Positions 9,629-19,742 are shown, numbered from the stretch's first letter. The stretch: DNA of 64,000 nucleotides from an uncultured delta proteobacterium (GCA_963767925.1 CAVYGB010000002.1:320001-384000); one strand, 5' to 3'. Numbers and translations are program-made. The notes: generated by a model not told the origin, from the sequence alone.

Positions 9629-10978
9629 ATGAGCAAGACCACGCTTCTCGCGATTGGATCCGTATTCCTGATACTCGTCGGAGCCTGCGACGAACCTCGT
9701 CCGCATGCACTCGGCACCCCACCACCGACTGATGGATCGGTGGCGAATGGCCCTGTGGGTGGTTCCGGACCCACCGGCCATCCGGACGCGTCCTCTGGTG
9801 GTACCGGCGGTTTTGCGAGTCCCGGTTCCGGCGGATCAGGAGGGGGAAACGGCAGTGTCGCTGGAGCGAGCGGGTCAGGTGGCTCCGGAGAGGGAGGAAC
9901 CAACGGTGGCACGCCCGGCTCGATCGATGGCCCTTCGGGCGGCGGTGCAGGCGGCAACATGACCGTGCCGCCGGCGGATGCCTCGGTGCCGCCGCCGTTG
10001 CCCGATGCCGCATCACCTTCTCCTGATTCAGCTGCGCCGATGCCATCGTGCATGAGCACGTGCGCCCCGGGGAACACCCGGTGCCAAGGCGGAGTTCAAC
10101 CCTGTGTGATGATGGCCAACGGCTGTGCCGACTGGGGAGCGGTCACGGACCTCTGCACCGGCAGGGCGTGCGCGCAGGGTGCTTGTACCGGGAACTGTGA
10201 GCCGGGCAAGACACAGTGTGCTGGTCCGCAGGGAACTCAGCCGCAGGTTTGCACCGGCGCGGGCGTGTGGGCCAACGGTGGCAGCGCCTCGTGCAAAAAG
10301 CCCAATGGACAGGGGTGCAGCGGCTCTTCGGATTGCGTGAACGGCAACTGCGTGATGGGCATCTGCTGTGCGACCCAGTGTCCCGCCGCCGGCGCGGGCC
10401 AGTGTGGCAACACAGGATTCTGCGATGGGGGAACGTGCCGGAAGAACGCGGGCGCGAGCTGCGGTCGACAGGAGTGCAGCGACAGTCGTGAAGCTGGCTT
10501 CGGGACGTGCAACGGGAGCGGCGTCTGCGCTAATCGCGCGAACCGACCCTGCCCGGGGGGCCTTGTTTGCGAAGGCAGTACGAGGTGTGCCGAGACCTGC
10601 GTGGTGGGGTTGGCCGGCGGAAGCTGCCCGTCGGACAGGTTCTGCGAGTCAGAGAGGAGGTGTTCCCCCCGGGTTGGTCAGCACAAGGTGTGTAGGGGCA
10701 TCGGCAGCGGCGAGTGCAGCAATGGCCTCTCCTGCACGGCGGGCTTCTGCTGCAGGGGTACGTGCATCGCGCCGGGGCAACGGTGTACGCGCGATCCGAA
10801 CGATTGTGCGTCGGGGCTGTGCAACTATGCGCGGACCAAGGTCTGCTCCAACGACCCGACACGGACCGAGTGCGACCGGGTTCTCGAGCCGCCTATCCCC
10901 CTGGCCGAGTACTGCGGCAGTCCGGATGCCCGATGCATCGATGGAATCGACTTGAACAAGTCGTTCTGCGGTCCGTAG
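9629..10978 (+). CDS. Cys-rich lipoprotein with Gly-rich linker
   Basis: Lipobox LVGAC; GGSGG linker; many Cys repeats (e.g. GQGCSGSSDCVNGNCVMGICC). Confidence 0.8.
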   Translation: MSKTTLLAIGSVFLILVGACDEPRPHALGTPPPTDGSVANGPVGGSGPTGHPDASSGGTGGFASPGSGGSGGGNGSVAGASGSGGSGEGGTNGGTPGSIDGPSGGGAGGNMTVPPADASVPPPLPDAASPSPDSAAPMPSCMSTCAPGNTRCQGGVQPCVMMANGCADWGAVTDLCTGRACAQGACTGNCEPGKTQCAGPQGTQPQVCTGAGVWANGGSASCKKPNGQGCSGSSDCVNGNCVMGICCATQCPAAGAGQCGNTGFCDGGTCRKNAGASCGRQECSDSREAGFGTCNGSGVCANRANRPCPGGLVCEGSTRCAETCVVGLAGGSCPSDRFCESERRCSPRVGQHKVCRGIGSGECSNGLSCTAGFCCRGTCIAPGQRCTRDPNDCASGLCNYARTKVCSNDPTRTECDRVLEPPIPLAEYCGSPDARCIDGIDLNKSFCGP

Positions 10979-10985
10979 ATCGGCA

Positions 10986-12227
10986 TCATTCGAAATCCGC
11001 AGGTAGCAGGACACGGCGCCGCTTCTTGTAGGTGGTCGCGACTGGGGGGCTCCTGAGTTTGCAGTGTGGGCATCCCCGCCCCAGGACGAACCGGTTGTAG
11101 ACGTTTGACTCCCAGGCGTGTCCCCGAGAGCAGCGCCACCAAAATTTCTGCTTCTGGACCGTCGCTATCACTTGCGCGGGAGTTACCTTGCCGTTCAGGC
11201 TCGGATGCCAGTCCTGAGCCAGCGCTGGCGCTCTCGCCGCAATCGAGTTCGTGACCGACAGGCGCCGGTTCGCGCAGAACGGACAGTGAGCAGACCGTCC
11301 GTGAGCGCGCTGGTCTGGCTTCATTTGCCATTCGTGATCTGGTCCGACGTCGCACTTCCACCAGACCAGCTGAGTTGAACGCGCCGTCACGTCGTCGGGC
11401 GTGAGTCGACCGTTCTTGGTCGGGTGCCATTGCCCTGCCAGGTCCGGCCTGAGAACACTCAAAGAGGTGGACGGCACGACGCGGTGGTGGCTGCAGTATG
11501 GGCACCCGTGGCCCCTTCCGCCGAGGAAATTCCTTCGACGGTGGCTGACCGTGGCTTCCCACTCGTGCACAGCGTTCACCCGACAACGCCACCAGGCCTT
11601 ACGCTGCGAACCTGGCGAAACCGCTGTCGGTCCCAGGTGACCATTCTTGGTGGGATGCCAGTCGGCAGCCAGATCGGGAAACCGTGCGGCGAGGCTATTC
11701 GTTACGGATAGGCGATGGCCGGTGCAGAAGGGGCAGCTCGCACCGTCGACCGCGCGGTCGCGAACCATGGTGTCCCATTCGTGATCAGGACCAGCAAGAC
11801 ACTTCCACCACACGCGCCGATGCGACCGTGCCAATACGGTGTCGGGGGTCCGACTTACGTTCTTTAGCGGGTGCCATTCGGGAATCAGCTGGGGAGCAAC
11901 ATCCGCCACCGTTTTCCCTCGCGAGAAGAGCTCGGGAGAACAGACAGGACATTCGGGGCGGACGATCCTTTGCTGAGGACGAGCCTTCCACTGATGTCTC
12001 GGGTTGGCGGGGCACTGCCACCAAACCTTGACGTCGGCGCCGACGGTAATGAGACCCGGAGTCAGATCCCTGTTCTTGGACGGATGCCATTGCTTGGCGA
12101 GGTAGGGCGCCAGAACGAGTAGGGTTCGGGGAGGACGTCGCGCACGCACGGCCGGACCCCTCGGTCTTGGTTTCGGTTTGCGAGCGACTTGCGTCGGCGC
12201 AAGTGTTGAGGTGCGCGAGGTTCTCAC
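10986..12227 (-). CDS. Zinc-ribbon repeat protein (DUF4379-like), five repeats
   Basis: Five copies of P-L..[EDQ]WHP.KN...P......WW.C....H.W......R.....CP.C. Confidence 0.85.
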   Translation of the reverse strand: MRTSRTSTLAPTQVARKPKPRPRGPAVRARRPPRTLLVLAPYLAKQWHPSKNRDLTPGLITVGADVKVWWQCPANPRHQWKARPQQRIVRPECPVCSPELFSRGKTVADVAPQLIPEWHPLKNVSRTPDTVLARSHRRVWWKCLAGPDHEWDTMVRDRAVDGASCPFCTGHRLSVTNSLAARFPDLAADWHPTKNGHLGPTAVSPGSQRKAWWRCRVNAVHEWEATVSHRRRNFLGGRGHGCPYCSHHRVVPSTSLSVLRPDLAGQWHPTKNGRLTPDDVTARSTQLVWWKCDVGPDHEWQMKPDQRAHGRSAHCPFCANRRLSVTNSIAARAPALAQDWHPSLNGKVTPAQVIATVQKQKFWWRCSRGHAWESNVYNRFVLGRGCPHCKLRSPPVATTYKKRRRVLLPADFE

Positions 12228-12709
12228 GAGTCACATGGTGGCGACTGACCGCCCCGCGACCAGGGGATAGGAGGGCTCGTCAGCGTCAGCGATGTTAGGC
12301 GATCGCGATCGACGTCGCCATCAAGTGAGTTGACGCCAGACGGAGGGCTGCAGCCCGTGGGCAGCGATGGCTGTCTTTTCGGCCCGGTTGGGCGCCTACT
12401 CTTGGCCTGGCGCGGCACCTGCCTTGGTCGGGGTGAGCTCTTCGACACCGCGCCGTCGGCGACTGTCGGCGACCGTCGGCCGACAGCGCGGCGCTACCGC
12501 CTTCGGAGAAGCCTCCCTTTGATCCCGGAGCACATGGCCGTCGCCCTTAGACTTCAGCCTCTTTTGATCCCCAGGTGGGCAGGCACGCCCCTTGCGAAGG
12601 ACTGGTTTGTCATCGAGCAGATAGAGACGCATGGCCGACCAGGACCATGGACGAACAGGTACTGAACAAACCCTGCCGGGGCACCATTGCAGAAGAAAGG
12701 GATCTCAAC

Positions 12710-13057
12710 ATGAACACTATTTCGAATGGAGCTGTTGGACTGAACAATCTCAATCACGTGGAGGATTTCAGCGGGGACGTCAGGGACATCGAGTTTTCTT
12801 CGGACGAAGGCGCCTACAAAGCTCCGTGCGACGGGGTAGATCCCGAAACGCCAGTTCAAGCCAGCATTTTCACCGACCTTATCTTCGGCAAGCTCCTCGA
12901 GTTTGCGATCGAGAAGGGGTTCGAAGTGGCCAAGGACGGACTGCAGGCCGCGAAGGGTGCACTCAAGGCCGCCGGTGAGGTTGCGGTGAAGGTGGCTGAG
13001 AATGCTGGACGCGGTGCCGGAGCACCTCCAGGCGTCGCTGCTCCGCCATCGAAGTAG
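12710..13057 (+). CDS. Small protein (115 aa) with acidic N-half and amphipathic Lys/Ala-rich C-half; possible peptide precursor
   Basis: SD-like GAAAGGGA before ATG at 12710; MNTISNGAVG...PETPVQA-SIFTDLIFGKLLEFAIEKGFEVAKDGLQAAKGALKAAGEVAVKVAE...; ends 11 nt before the CPBP gene. Confidence 0.65.
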   Translation: MNTISNGAVGLNNLNHVEDFSGDVRDIEFSSDEGAYKAPCDGVDPETPVQASIFTDLIFGKLLEFAIEKGFEVAKDGLQAAKGALKAAGEVAVKVAENAGRGAGAPPGVAAPPSK

Positions 13058-13068
13058 AGGGACCTCCG

Positions 13069-13857
13069 ATGGAACGCCGGACCCCCGCCATGATCGCCCA
13101 GAGTTTCTGGGCGGTCGCTGCTACCGTCGGCTGGCTGGTGCTCGGCGGGGTCTCGCGTCTGTGTGGAGGCGTCTGGGGATTGCTATGGCTGCTGATGCTG
13201 ACGGCTCTCTTCGTCCGGAGGTACGTCGGGCGGGCGGGCGGGCGAGAGGGAGTCCTACTCCGAGCACGCCTCTCGAGGCGCTCTCTGAGGGTCCTCGTTC
13301 TTGGGCTCGCCGCTCTCACTCTGGCCGTGTGGGGGTTCTGGTTCTTCTTCTCCGCGACCTTCTTCAGGACAGGGCAATCCGGCGCGGCGTTGCCGCTGGA
13401 GATGCAACAGTCCACCGGGCTGATGCGCGCCCTCTACGACGCTCTCGTGTTTGCGCCCATCGTCGAAGAATTCGGCTTTCGAGGACGGTTGTTACGCGCG
13501 CTGAGAACAGGCTTCAGGCCGCTGCTGGCAGTGGTGATCTCCGCGCTCGTCTTCGCCTGCCTTCACCTTCAGCTGTGGGGGTTTCCTATGCGGTTCTTCC
13601 TGGGCCTCGTCTGCGGGATGGCCGTGTACCGAAGCCGGTCGATCTGGATGGCAGTCGTACTTCATGCGTTCAGCAACGGGCAGGCTGCTGCGGTCGCGTT
13701 TCTCGGGGCAAAGGTGGGTTTCTTGGCCTGGGGTACGCCTGCTCTGATGGGGAGCGCGGCGGTTCTCTGGCTGATAGCCGCCCTGTGCGCCATGGCGCTC
13801 TGGCGATATCGCCCCGCGGACCGAGATTCACGTTTCGAGGTTTCGGCTGTCGTCTAG
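13069..13857 (+). CDS. CPBP (Abi/CAAX-type) intramembrane glutamic protease
   Basis: APIVEEFGFRG (EExxxR), FACLH (FxxxH) and HAFSN (HxxxN) motifs; multiple TM helices. Confidence 0.9.
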   Translation: MERRTPAMIAQSFWAVAATVGWLVLGGVSRLCGGVWGLLWLLMLTALFVRRYVGRAGGREGVLLRARLSRRSLRVLVLGLAALTLAVWGFWFFFSATFFRTGQSGAALPLEMQQSTGLMRALYDALVFAPIVEEFGFRGRLLRALRTGFRPLLAVVISALVFACLHLQLWGFPMRFFLGLVCGMAVYRSRSIWMAVVLHAFSNGQAAAVAFLGAKVGFLAWGTPALMGSAAVLWLIAALCAMALWRYRPADRDSRFEVSAVV

Positions 13858-13946
13858 CAGGCCGTTCACACCGGGACCGCCTGGATCACCTCGCTCGGCT
13901 TGCCGGGCGCCGGAGCGTGCGCCGGAATCGGTGTGCTCGCCGCGGG

Positions 13947-14135
13947 TCAGGAGGCCATGCGGCGGCGGTCGTCGTGGGCGGGGCCCGGCATCAGGGGGAA
14001 AGCGCGGATCCGGAAGGCGTCGGTGCCAAAGCGACCGCAGGCCCAGTCGAAGGCGTCCTCGAGCGAGGCGAACGCCGCCGTGGGCGCGCGCTCGCCCTCC
14101 TTGAAGATCGCGAAATACAGAACCTCGTCGTCCAT
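13947..14135 (-). CDS. Small hypothetical protein
   Basis: MDDEVLYFAIFKEGERAPTAAFASLEDAFDWACGRFGTDAFRIR...; protein-like composition and high-GC3 codons. Confidence 0.55.
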   Translation of the reverse strand: MDDEVLYFAIFKEGERAPTAAFASLEDAFDWACGRFGTDAFRIRAFPLMPGPAHDDRRRMAS

Positions 14136-14350
14136 CTCTGGACTTCCAACGGGACTGTTCATGGGTGCCGATCGATGGCAGCAGTCCGGGCGGCCGTCAA
14201 CGGCCCGCGCGTTCACGATTGGACGTAAACAGGATCGGCCGCTTTTTCCCGGGATTTCCTGGCAAGGATGCCCCCGGGTCGCGCGCCTGCCGGAGCGACC
14301 GCGGGCGTGCCGACGAGGCGAGTCAGTCCGGAACGCAGCAAAGTAATTCG

Positions 14351-14734
14351 TCAGGTGCCGGACGGGCGGCCGTGGTCGGCGCACTTGCGCAGCATCCCGG
14401 TGAGCTTGTCGAACCGGAGCGGCTTGCCCACCAGCGGCAGCCGGGCCATCGCCGCGGGAACCGTCCCGGCGGTCATCACCGCGATGGGGATGCGGGCCAG
14501 GTCCGGGTCGTCGAGCTGGCGGGCCCGGAACTCGAGTCCGTCCATCACCGGCATCATCAGGTCGAGCAGGATCAGGCAGGGGGGGGGATGCTTGCCCGAG
14601 CGGAGCTGGGCCAGCGCCACCTCCCCGTTGCCCGCGCACGTGACCCGATAGCCCTCATCGGTGAGGGCCACGACGAGGGCATCTCGGATGCCTTCGTCGT
14701 CGTCGACGATCAAGACGCAACAGCCGTCCGGCAT
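14351..14734 (-). CDS. Single-domain response regulator (CheY-like)
   Basis: VLIVDDD, LILLDLMMPVMDG, IAVMTA, GKPL. Confidence 0.9.
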   Translation of the reverse strand: MPDGCCVLIVDDDEGIRDALVVALTDEGYRVTCAGNGEVALAQLRSGKHPPPCLILLDLMMPVMDGLEFRARQLDDPDLARIPIAVMTAGTVPAAMARLPLVGKPLRFDKLTGMLRKCADHGRPSGT

Positions 14735-14844
14735 GGGGCGCCTTTGAAGCATACCCCTGATGCGAGCCGGACCGGCTGTTCGCGTGCTCGAAAATCGTGA
14801 TCACCCTGACTTTAAAAGGATGACCTGTCGGGTGTCTGCCGCAC

Positions 14845-15024
14845 TCACGTCAGACGGCGGCGGTGCCCGGAGTGCCCGGAGAAGGCCGCCACGGCCACCA
14901 GCACGAGCGCGGCGGCGAGGGCGAGGTTGGCGAAGCCAGCGGCACCCTGGACCACCCCGAGGAAGCCCAGCGCGAGAGAAGCCAGACCCACCACGAACAA
15001 CACCAGAGCGTAGAACATCAACAT
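14845..15024 (-). CDS. Small two-TM membrane protein (DUF1328/YtjA-like)
   Basis: SD GGAGGTGG; MLMFYALVLFVVGLASLALGFLGVVQGAAGFANLALAAALVLVAV resembles the DUF1328 pattern. Confidence 0.65.
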   Translation of the reverse strand: MLMFYALVLFVVGLASLALGFLGVVQGAAGFANLALAAALVLVAVAAFSGHSGHRRRLT

Positions 15025-15197
15025 CCATCCACCTCCTGTCAGCGGATCCTGCAGGCTGCGTGCCACCGCGCCGGAGAGGAAGACGACGGCATCCCGGGCC
15101 TTTCGCGCGCGGAGCGGCGCTGGATCCGTTACCGGGCGCGGACCGGGCGGTGCGGGTAACGAAAGGCGTCGGTGGAGGTCCCCACGGCGGGGAGGGA

Positions 15198-16820
15198 TCA
15201 GGACGGCCGCAGGCCGCCCACCTCGCGCCATACAACCTCGCGCACCTTGACCAGCAGCTCCTCGACCGAAAATGGTTTCTCGAGCCAGAGGTTCGGGCTG
15301 CGCTCCCGGAAGGACTGCACCTCGGCCACCAGGGCCGCCCCCGTCATGAAGACGATGCGCGTCTCGAGCCCCGGGTAGCGCCGCTGCACCTCCCGCCAGA
15401 ACTGGATGCCGTTCATGTCGGGCATCATGACGTCGCAGAGGATGGCCTGGTAGACGCGGCCGCTGGCCAGCGCGCGCAGGCCCTCGCGCGCGCTGGGCGC
15501 CTTGTCGACCATGTGCTCCTGCGACAGGATGCGCTCGGTTGTCGAAAGCACCAGGCTGTCGTCGTCGATGGCCAGCACCCGGGTCGACCGGAACGCGGGA
15601 TCGGAGCGGACGGCGTCGGCGCCGGTGCGATCGGCGCCGCCCTCGGCCCGGGGGCCGCGCAGGCGCTGGGCCGGCAGGGAGACCCGGAAGGTGGTGCCCG
15701 ACCCCGGCAGGCTGTCGAGCGCGATGCTGCCGCCGTGCTCGTTGATGATGTCGCGGCAGACGGTCAGGCCGATGCCGGTCCCCTTGAACCGGCCCTTGGT
15801 GGTGAAGAAGGGGTCGAACACGCGCGGCTGCAGCTCGGCCGGGATGCCGACGCCGGTGTCGCTGACCTCGATGGTGACGAGCTCGCCGGCCGCGGCGGTG
15901 CTGACGACGATCTCGTTGGACGCGTAGGCCTCGCTGGGGATCGACTGGGCGGCGTTGACCAGGAGGTTGAGCATCACCTGCCCCAGCCGCATGGCGTCCC
16001 CCGCCACCGGCGGCACCGCCTGCAGCTCGACGCGCAGGGGGGCGCGGTGCCGGATCTCGTTGGAGACCATCGCCACCGAGGTGCGCACCACCTCGTTGAC
16101 GTCGACGAGGGAGAAGGGCACCTCGGACTGCCGGGACAGCGCCTGCAGGGTCGCCACCACCGCCCGGATCCGCTCGGCCCCGATGCGGATGTCGCCCAGC
16201 AGGTCGGTCAGCTCGCCGACCAGGCCGGCGCTGGCCGGGTCGACGGCCCCCGCCAGGCGGCTCTGCATCAGCTCCACGTTGCCGAGCACGTAGGTGAGCG
16301 GGTTGTTTATCTCGTGGCCCACGCTGGCGGCGATGGTGCCGAGGGTGGTCAGGAGCTGGGTCTGCTTGAGCGTCTCCTCGACCTGCCGGCGCCGCTGCTC
16401 GAGCAGGACGCGCTCGACCGCGACAAGGAGCTGGTCGGGCTGGAACGGCTTGCGCAGGTAATAGTCGGCGTCGATGGCCTCGGCCTGGGGGCTGCCGTCG
16501 GCGGAGACGGCGATGACCGGGATGGCCGCCAGCCGGGGGTGGGCCCGCTGGACCGTACGGAAGCGCCAGCCGTCCATGACCGGCATCCGCAGATCGAGGA
16601 CGATGAGGTCGACGGTGCGGTCCTCGAGGCGCTCGAGCGCCTCCTTGCCGTCGCCCGCCAGGAGCACGTCGTAACCCTCGTCGTGCAGCAGCTCGCCCAT
16701 CACCCGGGCCACCTCCGGCTCGTCCTCGACAATGAGGATGGCCTCCCCCCCGCGACCCTCGGCGCGGCGGCTGGGTCCCGGCTCTGCGGCCACCTCGGCT
16801 GCTGACAGGTGGTAGGTCAT
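15198..16820 (-). CDS. Cytoplasmic hybrid histidine kinase REC-HisKA-HATPase-REC
   Basis: ILIVEDE...DLRMPVMDG; GHEINNPLTYV H-box; NLLVNAAQ, DTGVGI, FDPFFTTK, GTGIGL; C-terminal REC (AIDDD...CDVMMP). Confidence 0.92.
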   Translation of the reverse strand: MTYHLSAAEVAAEPGPSRRAEGRGGEAILIVEDEPEVARVMGELLHDEGYDVLLAGDGKEALERLEDRTVDLIVLDLRMPVMDGWRFRTVQRAHPRLAAIPVIAVSADGSPQAEAIDADYYLRKPFQPDQLLVAVERVLLEQRRRQVEETLKQTQLLTTLGTIAASVGHEINNPLTYVLGNVELMQSRLAGAVDPASAGLVGELTDLLGDIRIGAERIRAVVATLQALSRQSEVPFSLVDVNEVVRTSVAMVSNEIRHRAPLRVELQAVPPVAGDAMRLGQVMLNLLVNAAQSIPSEAYASNEIVVSTAAAGELVTIEVSDTGVGIPAELQPRVFDPFFTTKGRFKGTGIGLTVCRDIINEHGGSIALDSLPGSGTTFRVSLPAQRLRGPRAEGGADRTGADAVRSDPAFRSTRVLAIDDDSLVLSTTERILSQEHMVDKAPSAREGLRALASGRVYQAILCDVMMPDMNGIQFWREVQRRYPGLETRIVFMTGAALVAEVQSFRERSPNLWLEKPFSVEELLVKVREVVWREVGGLRPS

Positions 16821-17099
16821 GAAATACCTCGGGGGCCACATTGTTTCAGGCTCCACCGGACGAGCAAGCACCATCGTCGGGTGCAAACGTGTGGGGCAAT
16901 TCCGGACCAGACCGCACCCATCAGGGCAGTCAGGGCCCATCGAGTCGGCGGTGAGGCCGGGCCGGACCAGGGCCGCGCGCCCGGCGGGCGGGATCGCAGT
17001 CCGGCGAAGGTCCACCAGGCGCAGCAGCGGCAAGCGTCGCAGGAGGGGGACCACCCCGTCGTCATCAGGCAGGAAACCGGCGGTTTCCCGCGAGTGGGG

Positions 17100-18083
17100 T
17101 CACAGCGTCAGGAGGGTGGCGGCGGCCAGGGGGGCCAGGAGGGCGGCGGCGAGCGCGAGGGCGTCTTTGCGGGGCAGGCGCTGGCCGGCCTCGCGGGGCT
17201 CGGCGCGGGGGAACTGGCGGAGCAGGATGGCCCGGGTGGGCAGGAAGAAGATGGCCAGCAGCGCGCTGCCGGCGACGCCAGCCTGCACCGTGCCGCTGTC
17301 CACCAGGCCCTGCACGACGGCCCGGAAGCCCTCGGTCTGCTCGGCGTAGTCCCAGGTGGCCGCCACCCAGGCCAGGCTGGCCCGCGACACGAGCACGCCG
17401 GCCACGAACAGCATCGCCCCGCTGACCAGCAGGCGCGACAGCGCGCGCAGCCGCCTGTCGATCGCGGCGGCGGTCGGCTCGACGGGCAGGATCACCAGGG
17501 CGGTCATCGCCAGCCCGCCGACGATCGCCACCGACTCCCAGAGCCGGCGCACGACGACGGCGCCGCCGCGGATGCGATCGCAGGCGTCGTAGGGGAGGGT
17601 CGCCAGCAGGGCGGCCGGCAAGCCCCCGCCGCGCGCCGCGAGGATCCACTGGTAAAGCGCGATGGCCACCGCCCCCAGCCCCATCAGGGTCCAGAACCCG
17701 ACCCGCAGCGCGGGCGGCGCGGGGGCGATTGTGTCGCGCTCGACCGCGATGATGGCCAGGAAGGCCGCCACCAGGGCGATGGCTGCGCACACGGCGACCA
17801 GCGCCACCATGGCCACCCAGTGGCTCTGGGCGGCGTAGAGCGTGAGCGCCTCGCTGGCCGCCCCCGCCCCCCACTGGCACACCGGCTCGAGCCGCAGGTC
17901 CCTCAGGGCCGGGACGGGCCTGAAGGAGCTGAGCAACCAGCACAGCCCCGTCGCCGCCACCGCCGCCGCGACGAACAACCCCACCCCCGGCGCCGCCGGC
18001 CGCAACGCCTGCCACACCGCCAGCACCCGATCGCTGCGATAGGTGCGGGTCGCCTCTTCTTCCGTCGCGTCGTCCTCGGCCAT
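17100..18083 (-). CDS. Multi-pass membrane protein of unknown function
   Basis: 327-aa ORF with about 7 hydrophobic segments, co-oriented directly downstream of the halogenase. Confidence 0.7.
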   Translation of the reverse strand: MAEDDATEEEATRTYRSDRVLAVWQALRPAAPGVGLFVAAAVAATGLCWLLSSFRPVPALRDLRLEPVCQWGAGAASEALTLYAAQSHWVAMVALVAVCAAIALVAAFLAIIAVERDTIAPAPPALRVGFWTLMGLGAVAIALYQWILAARGGGLPAALLATLPYDACDRIRGGAVVVRRLWESVAIVGGLAMTALVILPVEPTAAAIDRRLRALSRLLVSGAMLFVAGVLVSRASLAWVAATWDYAEQTEGFRAVVQGLVDSGTVQAGVAGSALLAIFFLPTRAILLRQFPRAEPREAGQRLPRKDALALAAALLAPLAAATLLTL

Positions 18084-18159
18084 CAGACCCCATCACCTTA
18101 CCGCAATTCCCCCGCCCTACCCGAGCGGTCCATCGCCGTCCCCCGGACGGGCGCTTCGC

Positions 18160-19742
18160 TCAGGGATGCGCTTTGGCGGCGGCGTGGAGGGCGCGGAGGT
18201 ATTGGTAGTGGCTGGGCATCGCGGCGGCGACCTGCTCGATCTGGGTGGTCATCTCGGCCAGCAGCGCGCGGGCGGGGGTGTCGTCGATCTGGTCGAGGAC
18301 GGGGGGGAGCGGCGGAAGGGGTAGCCCATGCCAGAGAGGATGCAGGCGAAGCTGCGGGTCTCGAACAGCCGCACCGCGGTGCCTTCGGGCATGATGACGC
18401 CCTCGGCGAAGCGGTCGATCTTGGCCTGCAGGCTGTCGGGGACCGGGGCAGCCCGCACCTGGCGCCAGAACTCGGTGTCGTCGCGATCGGTGAGGCAGTA
18501 GTGCAGGACGATGAAGTCGCGCACGTCCTGGAAGGCGTCGAGGATGAGCTCGTTGTAGCGCCGGCGGCGCTGCTCGTCGAAGTCGCTGTCCGGGAGCTGC
18601 TGCAAGAGGCAGGCGATCTCGTATTCGATGAGGAAGATGGTCGTCGATTCGAGGGGCTCGACGAAGCAAGAGGACAGGCCGATGGCCACCACGTTGTTGA
18701 CCCAGGACCGCCGGTGGTGACCCACCCGCATCTTGATGTGGTTGGCCTTGACGCCGTCCTGAGCCCGGGGGCCCATGAAGCGACGCAAGGTCTCCTCGGC
18801 CTCGCTGGCGGTGGTGGTCTTGCTGCAGTAGACGTAGCCGCTGCCGTCCCGGTGATAAAGCGGGATCTCCCAGATCCAGCCGTGCCCCTGGGCGTTGGCC
18901 TGGGTGTAAGGTCGCAGGTCGTTCTTCTCGGGGTCGTTGTTCGAGGGGAGGGCCACCGCCGAGTCGCACAGGAGGTAGTCGTTGGCGCTGACGAAGGGCT
19001 CCTTCAGGGCGCCCTCGATCAGCAGGGCCCGGAAGCCTGAACAGTCGATGAACAGCTCCCCCTCGACGACGGGACCTTGCTCGGTGTGCAGCCGGCTGAC
19101 GTGGCCCTTGTCGTCGAGCTCGACCCGTTGCACGTCGGCGATGACGTGTTTGACCCCCCGGCCGACCGCCAGCTCGCGCAGGTACTGGGCGATGAGGGCG
19201 GCGTCGAACTGGTAGGCATAGGCGAATCCCGGATCGGGAACGCCCGAGCCCGGCAAGGGACGCGGCGACTTGTTGAGCTCGCACAGGCGCTGCAGGGGAT
19301 TGGTCACTTCGCCAAAGGTGCGGCGGTCCCCGGCCATCCAGTTGCGTAGCCAGTAGTGCACCGTGGAAAACCCCTGCCCCATGCGCACGAAATAGGGGCG
19401 CTCCCAGGGGGTGGCGAAGGGCTCGGGGTGGACGAAAAACGGGTGGTAGTAGCTGTGCTCGGGCTGCCCGGGCTGGCGTTTCTTCCAGTTGACGAACTTC
19501 ACCGCGGACTTGAAAGTGGCGTTGCACTTCGGCATCCAGTCCGCCTCGTCCATGCCGATGAAGGCGAAGGTGTTGCGCAGGGTGGGCACGGTGGCCTCCC
19601 CGACCCCGATGCGGCCGATGCGCTCGGACTCCACGACGGTAATCTCGACCCGCCGACCCAGCGCCCGGTTCAGATAGGCGGCCGCGGTCCAGCCAGCGGT
19701 GCCGCCGCCCACGATTACGATCGAACGGATGGGACGACCCAT
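18160..19742 (-). CDS. Flavin-dependent (tryptophan-halogenase family) halogenase; one-base frameshift near the 3' end
   Basis: IVIVGGGTAG, IGVGEATVP, catalytic Lys in ATFKSAVKF, WIWEIP, FVEPLEST. Frame breaks at the G7 run 18301-18307; one extra C restores ...SPPVLDQIDD...MPSHYQYLRALH..., a typical halogenase C-terminus ending at 18160. Confidence 0.9.

Noticed and set aside
12330..12665. 111-aa plus-strand ORF upstream of the peptide gene
   Set aside because: TTG start, no clear SD and no recognisable motif; cannot be supported.
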